From Alphaproteobacteria bacterium (GTDB lineage Bacteria > Pseudomonadota > Alphaproteobacteria > SMXQ01), in contig WHSO01000001.1 in the NCBI GenBank assembly GCA_009380075.1, positions 108,266 to 172,265 on the forward strand: DNA of 64,000 nt, given 5' to 3'. Each line of letters opens with the position of its first letter. Within the stretch, counting starts at the first letter, position 1. A program made the position numbers and the translations under genes. Positions 58,013-64,000 of this stretch are shown piece by piece. The notes beneath the pieces are model-generated. The model was not told the DNA's origin and did not search any database. It saw nothing but the letters and a program-made list of their open reading frames with translations.

Positions 58013-58019
58013 CCCGGTC

Positions 58020-59501
58020 TCAGCCCGCCTCGGACAGCAGGGGCCACTGCTTCTGCTCCGCCTCCCAGCGCAGTACGCGCTCGGGCGGGAAGTGGATCGT
58101 CGCCGTCGTTCCCGAGCCGAGGCGGCTCTCGATCTGCAGGGTGCCGCTGTGCAGCTCGATGATCTTCTTGACCAGCGGAAGTCCCAGTCCCAGCCCCTCG
58201 TGAGAGCGGACGTGGGAGCTCTCCACCTGACCGAAGGGCTCGAGGACCTTGGGGATGTCGTCCTCGGCGATGCCGATGCCGGTGTCGCGAACGCTCACGG
58301 CGCAGCCGCCGTCGTCCTCGCAGGTGACCGAGACCGATACCTCACCGCCGCCGGGCGTGAACTTGATGGCGTTGTTGACCAGGTTGATGAGCGCCTGCTT
58401 CACGAGCCGTTCGTCCGCCCGCAGCAGTGCCCATGACGATACCTGCGTGGACAGCCTGACACCGCCCTCGGTGGCCCGGCTCTGCAGCATGCGCATGCAA
58501 CTGCCCACAGCCGCGCGCAGGTGCACTTCCTCTTCGATGACGTCGAGCTTGTTGGCCTCGGCCTTCGACAGGTCGAGGATATCGCTGATGACCTCGAGCA
58601 AGTGCTTGCCGGAGGAATGGATATCCTCCGCGTAGGACTTGTAGCGCGCGGATCCGATGGGTCCGAACATTTCCATCTTGAGGAATTCCGAGAAACCGAT
58701 GATGGCGTTCAGCGGCGTGCGCAGCTCGTGGCTGACGACGGCGAGGAACTCGCTCTTGGCGTGGCTGGCCGCCTGGGCCTCCCGGAGCAGATATTCCGAG
58801 CGCTCCTTCTCCTCGGTCAGGAGCTGCGTGTAGACGTAGGCACGCCGGATGTAAAGCTCCTGGATATAGGTGGCGAAGATACCGACCGCGCTGGCCATGA
58901 ACAGGAAGAAATTGTTGCTCAGCAGCGTCGACGGGGGAATCGGATTGATGTAGATGGCGACGATCTGGTAGGCGGCCACGGACGTGACGGAGACCGCCAC
59001 CGAATTCTTGAACTTGAGGCGGACGAGGGTCGAGCCGTAGATCACCACCATGATCAGGCCCGCGTAATAGAACACGTTGGCCGGCCAGGTGGTGATTGCC
59101 GTCATGACCACGATGCCGAGCCCGGCAAACAGCATCGACAGGGAGAGCAGGGCCTGCGCGACGTTGCCGAAGTTCTTGTAAAACGAGATCGCGATGACGG
59201 TCAGCATGAAGGGGCAGACGATCCCGAGCCGGATGCTCAGGACTTCGGCCAACTGGTCGCCGATCATGTGATAGTCGAGGAAACCGAAGCCCGCGTAGAG
59301 CACAGAGGCGAAGAACAGCGACAGGCGAATCAGCGGCAGCGACTTCGTCAGGTTGTCGGCGACGAATGCGTGCTCGACTTCGCGGTCCGCGAAGTCGAGC
59401 GTCAGGACCTTCAACCTGTATTTTGCCGGCGGGTTCTCCCGTCGACCGAATTGTCCCAACAGGGCTCTGGATAATGCGGTTCGCAAATTCGTCTCGGGCA
59501 A
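58020..59501 (-). CDS. Membrane-bound sensor histidine kinase (orphan, no adjacent response regulator)
   Basis: N-terminal polytopic domain of about 6 TM helices, then HisKA ([22 protein letters not shown]) and HATPase_c (…[17 protein letters not shown]…DTGIGI…[18 protein letters not shown]…). The gene is convergent with the 56552 gene. Confidence 0.85.
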   Translation of the reverse strand: MPETNLRTALSRALLGQFGRRENPPAKYRLKVLTLDFADREVEHAFVADNLTKSLPLIRLSLFFASVLYAGFGFLDYHMIGDQLAEVLSIRLGIVCPFMLTVIAISFYKNFGNVAQALLSLSMLFAGLGIVVMTAITTWPANVFYYAGLIMVVIYGSTLVRLKFKNSVAVSVTSVAAYQIVAIYINPIPPSTLLSNNFFLFMASAVGIFATYIQELYIRRAYVYTQLLTEEKERSEYLLREAQAASHAKSEFLAVVSHELRTPLNAIIGFSEFLKMEMFGPIGSARYKSYAEDIHSSGKHLLEVISDILDLSKAEANKLDVIEEEVHLRAAVGSCMRMLQSRATEGGVRLSTQVSSWALLRADERLVKQALINLVNNAIKFTPGGGEVSVSVTCEDDGGCAVSVRDTGIGIAEDDIPKVLEPFGQVESSHVRSHEGLGLGLPLVKKIIELHSGTLQIESRLGSGTTATIHFPPERVLRWEAEQKQWPLLSEAG

Positions 59502-59652
59502 TCGCGGTTAATGGTCCGTTGCACGGCGCCACAATCTACCCGGCAAAGTATTATGGATTTATTAAGAAATAGGCCTGTACAAATTAACCATGATTCAGCT
59601 ATGAGGCTGGCGCGTGGGCGTTTCCGTTGGTTTGGGCTGGGGGAGTCCTGTG

Positions 59653-61005
59653 ATGTCACGTCTGTCTTTTCGTAAAATTTTCGGATTTCTCATGGTTAAT
59701 TTTACCCTCGCGGCGGCGACGGTTCCGGCGATGGGGGCGGGGTATGGACTGCGGGAAAGTGCGAGCGCGACCGCCTTCGGCAGCGCCAATGCCGGCGGAA
59801 CCGCGAGCGCTGACGACATCAGCTACATGTTCTTCAATCCGGCGGGACTGACTCGGCAATCGGGCAGCCAGTTTCTGGTCGGCGGCCAGGCGATATTTCC
59901 CGAGCTTACCTTCGAGGGCGGCAGCGCCAGCACGGTCCTGACGACCCCCATCACGGGAACGCCCCATGACGACGACGCGGGCGTGAACGCCGTGGCGCCA
60001 TCGCTCTACGGGATGTGGTCGCTGGACGACCGCACCCGCCTCGGCCTCGGCGTGACGGTTCCCTGGGGGCTTGAGACCGACCATCCGGAAGGCTGGATCG
60101 GGCGTTATCACGCGCTGAATTCGAAGCTGGTCAGTGTCAACTTCAATCCGGCGGTTGCCCGCCGCTACGGCAACCTGTCCATAGGCGGCGGTGTCCAGGT
60201 CCAGTACACCACGGTTAACCTGTCCAATGCGGCCGATTTCGGCACCGTCGGAAGCGTTCTCGGGGTCGGCGGTTCGGTCCCCGGAGCCCAGGACGGCAAG
60301 GCCGAGTTCGACGGTTCCGATGTGGGCTTCGGCTTCAACCTCGGGGTTCTCTACGAATTCAGCAAGCAGACGCGCGTGGGGCTTGCCTACCGTTCGATGA
60401 TCTCTCACGACCTCGACGGAGACACTATCTTCACGCTCGATTCCGCCGGCATCGGGGCGGCGCTTGTGGCGGGCACCGGGGCTTTCGTCAACACGGGGTC
60501 CCACGCCAAGCTGTCGACGCCGGAGACCCTGTCGGTCGGCGTCCATCATGACGTCAACGATCGCTGGTCGGTTATGGCGGACGTGGTCTGGACGGCTTGG
60601 TCGCGGCTCCAGAATTTCCGCATCACCTTCGACAACGCGGCGCAGACCGACGATGTCACCACGGCCGAATGGGACGACACTTTCTTCTTTGCCTTGGGGA
60701 CCGCCTATAAGGCCAACCCGGCTTGGACGTTCCGGGGCGGCGTTGCCTTCGACCAGTCGCCGGTGCCCGACAGCACGCGCAACCCGCGCATCCCGGATGA
60801 GGACCGTACCTGGTTCTCCGTCGGAGCGAGCTATCACGGCTTCAAGGGCGTGCGCGTCGATGCAGCCTACACGCACTTTTTCATCGACGATTCGGAAATC
60901 AACCTGACCACGGCGATTCCCGGCAATACCTTCCGCGGGAACCTGAACGGCGACTTTGCGCTGACGTCGGATCTGTTCTCGATCCAGGCGGTCGTCAACT
61001 TCTGA
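59653..61005 (+). CDS. FadL/OmpP1/TodX-family outer-membrane hydrophobic-compound transporter
   Basis: Signal peptide MSRLSFRKIFGFLMVNFTLAAATVPAMGAG, then GYGLRESASATAFGSANAGGTA…DISYMFFNPAGL… (FadL N-terminal hatch motifs), a long beta-barrel, and a C-terminal aromatic residue (…QAVVNF). Confidence 0.8.
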   Translation: MSRLSFRKIFGFLMVNFTLAAATVPAMGAGYGLRESASATAFGSANAGGTASADDISYMFFNPAGLTRQSGSQFLVGGQAIFPELTFEGGSASTVLTTPITGTPHDDDAGVNAVAPSLYGMWSLDDRTRLGLGVTVPWGLETDHPEGWIGRYHALNSKLVSVNFNPAVARRYGNLSIGGGVQVQYTTVNLSNAADFGTVGSVLGVGGSVPGAQDGKAEFDGSDVGFGFNLGVLYEFSKQTRVGLAYRSMISHDLDGDTIFTLDSAGIGAALVAGTGAFVNTGSHAKLSTPETLSVGVHHDVNDRWSVMADVVWTAWSRLQNFRITFDNAAQTDDVTTAEWDDTFFFALGTAYKANPAWTFRGGVAFDQSPVPDSTRNPRIPDEDRTWFSVGASYHGFKGVRVDAAYTHFFIDDSEINLTTAIPGNTFRGNLNGDFALTSDLFSIQAVVNF

Positions 61006-61023
61006 CATAAATCTGACGTGGAG

Positions 61024-61049
61024 CGGCGGCGCGGGTTTTCGCGCCGCCG
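61024..61049. terminator. Bidirectional terminator hairpin between convergent FadL-family gene and ruvX
   Basis: CGGCGGCGC-gggttttc-GCGCCGCCG is a 9-bp GC stem. It lies 18 nt after the OMP stop and 2 nt from the ruvX stop. Confidence 0.55.
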
Positions 61050-61050
61050 T

Positions 61051-61530
61051 TTACGTTCCTGGTGTCGGCCCGCTGGCGATCCGGTCGAGGCAGCCTTGCA
61101 GGATGATCGCGGCGGCGACCTTGTCGATGACCTGGCCGCGCTTCCGGCGGCTCATGCCGCCCTCGATCAGCAGGGTTTCGGCGGCGAAACTGGACAGGCG
61201 CTCGTCCCAGAAACAGAGCGGCAGGTCGATGGCCTTGCCGAGGTCGGCGGCGAACTGGCGTGTGGCCTGGCAGCGCGGTCCTTCACCGCCGTCCATGTTG
61301 AGCGGCAGGCCGAGGACGAAGCCGCCGACCCCTTCCTTGGCGACGATGGCCTTGATCCGCTCGAAGTCCGCTTTCAGCTTGGTGCGCTTCACCGTCTCGT
61401 AGGGGGTGGCGATCTGCCTGCCGACATCCGACAGCGCCAGGCCGATGGTCCGGGTGCCGAGATCGAGGCCGAGGAGGCGGAGGCCGGGAGCGATGCCGTC
61501 GAGGAGGTCTGCAGGCTTGCGGATGGTCAT
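61051..61530 (-). CDS. ruvX: Putative pre-16S rRNA nuclease / Holliday-junction resolvase-like YqgF
   Basis: …LLGLDLGTRTIGLALSD…GFVLGLPLNMDGGEGP…DERLSS… is an RNase H-like YqgF fold. Confidence 0.88.
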   Translation of the reverse strand: MTIRKPADLLDGIAPGLRLLGLDLGTRTIGLALSDVGRQIATPYETVKRTKLKADFERIKAIVAKEGVGGFVLGLPLNMDGGEGPRCQATRQFAADLGKAIDLPLCFWDERLSSFAAETLLIEGGMSRRKRGQVIDKVAAAIILQGCLDRIASGPTPGT

Positions 61531-61609
61531 GACGGGTGTTAAAAGGCCTCGAAGCTATTGATTTCCGGGGATTTTGTCAGTCCCCCCTGTTCCGGGAACA
61601 CTAAACCAG

Positions 61610-61897
61610 ATGTCGCTCGATAAAGCCACCGTTGCCCGGATCGCGCGCCTTGCCCGGATCAAGGTGCCGGAGGCCGAGCTCGACGGCCTCGCCCGTGAGC
61701 TCGACAAGATCATCGGCTGGGTCGGCGAGCTCGACGCCGTCGATACAAGCGACGTACCGCCGATGTCCCAGGCGGCGGACCTCAAGCTGCGCTGGCGCGA
61801 CGACACGGTGACCGACGGCGGGGTCCGGGACAAGGTTCTGGCCAACGCGCCGGACGCCCGCAACGGCTATTTTGCCGTGCCCAAGGTCGTGGAATGA
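61610..61897 (+). CDS. gatC: Asp/Glu-tRNA amidotransferase subunit C
   Basis: [52 protein letters not shown]…. It overlaps gatA by 4 nt. Confidence 0.88.
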   Translation: MSLDKATVARIARLARIKVPEAELDGLARELDKIIGWVGELDAVDTSDVPPMSQAADLKLRWRDDTVTDGGVRDKVLANAPDARNGYFAVPKVVE

Positions 61898-63375
61898 CGG
61901 CGGACCGGTCCCTGACGGCGCTCACCATCGCCGAGGCCCGCGACGGGCTGAAGGCGCGCCGGTTTTCCGCCCTCGAACTGGCCGAGGCGCATATCGCGCG
62001 CATGGAAGAGTCCCGCGCGCTTAACGCCTTCATCACGGAAACTCCCGACGCCGCCCGCAAGGCCGCCGCCGAATCCGACCGGCGCCTCGCTGCCGGCGAG
62101 GGGAGGCCGCTGGAGGGGGTTCCGCTCGGCATCAAGGACCTGTTCTGCACCGAAGGCACCATGACCACGGCCGCGTCGAAGATCCTCGACGGCTTCGTGC
62201 CGCCCTATGAATCGACGGTCACGCGCAATCTCTGGAACGCCGGCGCGGTGATGCTGGGCAAGACCAACCTCGACGAGTTCGCCATGGGGTCGAGCAACAC
62301 CACCAGCCGTTTCGGCCCGGTGGAAAACCCGTGGCGGCGCAAGGGCGACAACCGGCCGCTGGTACCGGGGGGGTCGAGCGGCGGTTCGGCCGCGGCGGTG
62401 GCTGCCGGACTGTGCCCGGGGGCGACGGCGACCGATACCGGCGGTTCGATCCGCCAGCCCGCCGCCTTCTGCGGCGTCGTCGGCCTGAAGCCGACCTACG
62501 GGCGCTGCTCGCGCCGGGGCATCGTCGCGTTTGCCTCGTCCCTCGATCAGGCCGGGCCGATCGCGCGCACCGTGCGCGACGCCGCTATCCTGCTGACCTC
62601 CATGTCCGGGTTCGATGCCGGGGATTCGACCTCGGTGGACCGCTCGGTGCCCGATTTCGAGGCGGCCTGCGCCCGGCCGGTGAAGGGGCTTCGGGTCGGC
62701 ATCCCGCGGGAATACCGGATCGACGGCATGAACCCGCGGATCGATGCCCTGTGGCGCGACGGCGTCGCCCGGCTGCGCGACGCGGGCATGGAGCCGGTGG
62801 ACATTTCGCTGCCGCACACCAGATATGCCTTGCCGGTCTATTACGTGCTGGCGCCGGCCGAGGCGTCGTCCAACCTCGCGCGCTACGACGGCGTGCGCTA
62901 CGGCTTCCGGGCCGAGGGCGCCGACCTGCGCGACATGTACGAGGAAACCCGCGGCCAGGGCTTCGGCGCCGAAGTGCGCCGTCGCGTGTTGATCGGCACC
63001 TACGTGCTGTCGGCGGGATATTACGATGCCTACTACCTCAAGGCGCAGAAGGTGCGGACCCTGATCGCCCGCGATTTCGAAGAAGCCTTCAAGGCGGTCG
63101 ACGTGATCCTGACGCCGACCACGCCAGGGGCCGCCTTTGCCATCGGCGAAAAGCAGGACGACCCGATCAGCATGTATTTGAACGACGTGTTCACGGTGCC
63201 GGCGTCCCTGGCCGGCCTGCCGGGCATTTCGGTGCCGGCGGGCCTCGACAGCGACGGGTTGCCGCTTGGCCTCCAGTTGATCGGCCGCAGTTTTGACGAG
63301 GAAACGGTACTGGCGGTCGCCCGGGCGCTCGAGGATCGCGCCGCCTTCTCCCTGACGACTTTGGGGACGGCGTAA
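61894..63375 (+). CDS. gatA: Asp/Glu-tRNA amidotransferase subunit A
   Basis: Amidase signature (…[15 protein letters not shown]…) across 493 aa. Confidence 0.95.
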   Translation: MTADRSLTALTIAEARDGLKARRFSALELAEAHIARMEESRALNAFITETPDAARKAAAESDRRLAAGEGRPLEGVPLGIKDLFCTEGTMTTAASKILDGFVPPYESTVTRNLWNAGAVMLGKTNLDEFAMGSSNTTSRFGPVENPWRRKGDNRPLVPGGSSGGSAAAVAAGLCPGATATDTGGSIRQPAAFCGVVGLKPTYGRCSRRGIVAFASSLDQAGPIARTVRDAAILLTSMSGFDAGDSTSVDRSVPDFEAACARPVKGLRVGIPREYRIDGMNPRIDALWRDGVARLRDAGMEPVDISLPHTRYALPVYYVLAPAEASSNLARYDGVRYGFRAEGADLRDMYEETRGQGFGAEVRRRVLIGTYVLSAGYYDAYYLKAQKVRTLIARDFEEAFKAVDVILTPTTPGAAFAIGEKQDDPISMYLNDVFTVPASLAGLPGISVPAGLDSDGLPLGLQLIGRSFDEETVLAVARALEDRAAFSLTTLGTA

Positions 63376-64000
63376 TGGCCACGATCCAGGGCGCGACCGG
63401 CGAATGGGAAATGGTCATCGGCATGGAGGTCCATGCCCAGGTGTCCTCGAACGCCAAGCTGTTCTCCGGGGCGGCGACCGCCTTCGGCGCCGAACCCAAT
63501 TCCCAGGTGTCGCTCGTCGATGCCGCGATGCCCGGCATGCTGCCGGTCATCAACGGATTCTGTGTCGAACAGGCGGTACGCACGGGCCTCGGCCTGAAGG
63601 CCGAGATCAACCTGCGCTCTGTCTTCGACCGCAAGAATTATTTCTATCCGGACCTGCCCCAGGGCTACCAGATTTCCCAGTTCACCCGGCCCGTCGTCGG
63701 CAAGGGCGAAGTGATCGTGGAGGTGGATGGCGAGGAACGGCGCATCGGCATCACGCGTCTCCATCTCGAACAGGACGCCGGCAAGTCGATCCACGACATG
63801 GACCCGGGGCTGACCTACGTGGACCTGAACCGGTCGGGCGTCGCCCTGATGGAAATCGTCTCCGAGCCCGACATCCGTTCGCCGGAGGAGGCGGGGGCCT
63901 ACCTCACCAAGCTGCGCGCCATCCTGCGCTACCTCGGCACCTGTGACGGCAACATGGAGGAGGGCTCCCTGCGGGCCGACGTGAATGTGTCCGTCCGTCG
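63376..64000 (+). CDS. gatB: Asp/Glu-tRNA amidotransferase subunit B. This is the N-terminal 208 aa; the 3' end lies beyond the window.
   Basis: [32 protein letters not shown]…[15 protein letters not shown]…. The start overlaps the gatA stop (TAATG). It is not in the track because no stop falls within the window. Confidence 0.9.

Overview
This is a high-GC (about 65-67%) alphaproteobacterial chromosomal segment. Cell-cycle genes (divK-pleD, hdaA, CtrA-like boxes) suggest a Rhodospirillales- or Caulobacter-like organism. Most of the window is densely packed, syntenic housekeeping DNA. Conserved clusters are: dnaB/cfa/rplI/rpsR/rpsF; fabD-fabG-acpP-fabF-mltG; yicC-gmk; lptF-lptG-lptD-surA-pdxA-rsmA; pepA-holC-ndk; purM-purN; the DUF2066/CDP-alcohol phosphatidyltransferase/AI-2E/hdaA group; sixA; ppk-ppx; rnd; aspS; divK-pleD; rpmG; ctpA; rnr-topA-dprA; plsY-pyrC'-pyrB; ruvX; gatCAB. 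I saw no rRNA, tRNA or CRISPR array. Two regions are not ordinary. (1) A 1.7-kb low-GC element (49476-51190) sits in the plsY-dprA intergenic region. It is bounded by 26-bp inverted repeats (23 of 26 positions match) and a 6-bp flanking direct repeat. It carries an IS1595-family zinc-finger/DDE transposase plus two overlapping passenger genes of unknown function, a membrane-anchored 197-aa protein and a 64-aa protein. This is the best candidate for a mobile, undescribed functional module. (2) A signalling locus spans 54.4-61.0 kb. It contains MarR, a decayed YCII-like gene, a membrane protein, and a 590-bp palindrome-rich AT-rich leader. It also contains an unusual PilZ-like/class I SAM-methyltransferase fusion protein, a convergent orphan histidine kinase with a polytopic sensor, and a FadL-family outer-membrane protein. 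Smaller observations are an unannotated 40-aa cytochrome oxidase subunit IV-like ORF, a catalytically degenerate dihydroorotase paralogue (PyrC'), an in-frame HTH-like extension upstream of pyrB, and several terminator hairpins. Many long ORFs in the supplied track are antisense shadow ORFs of real genes, as expected in GC-rich DNA, and I rejected them.
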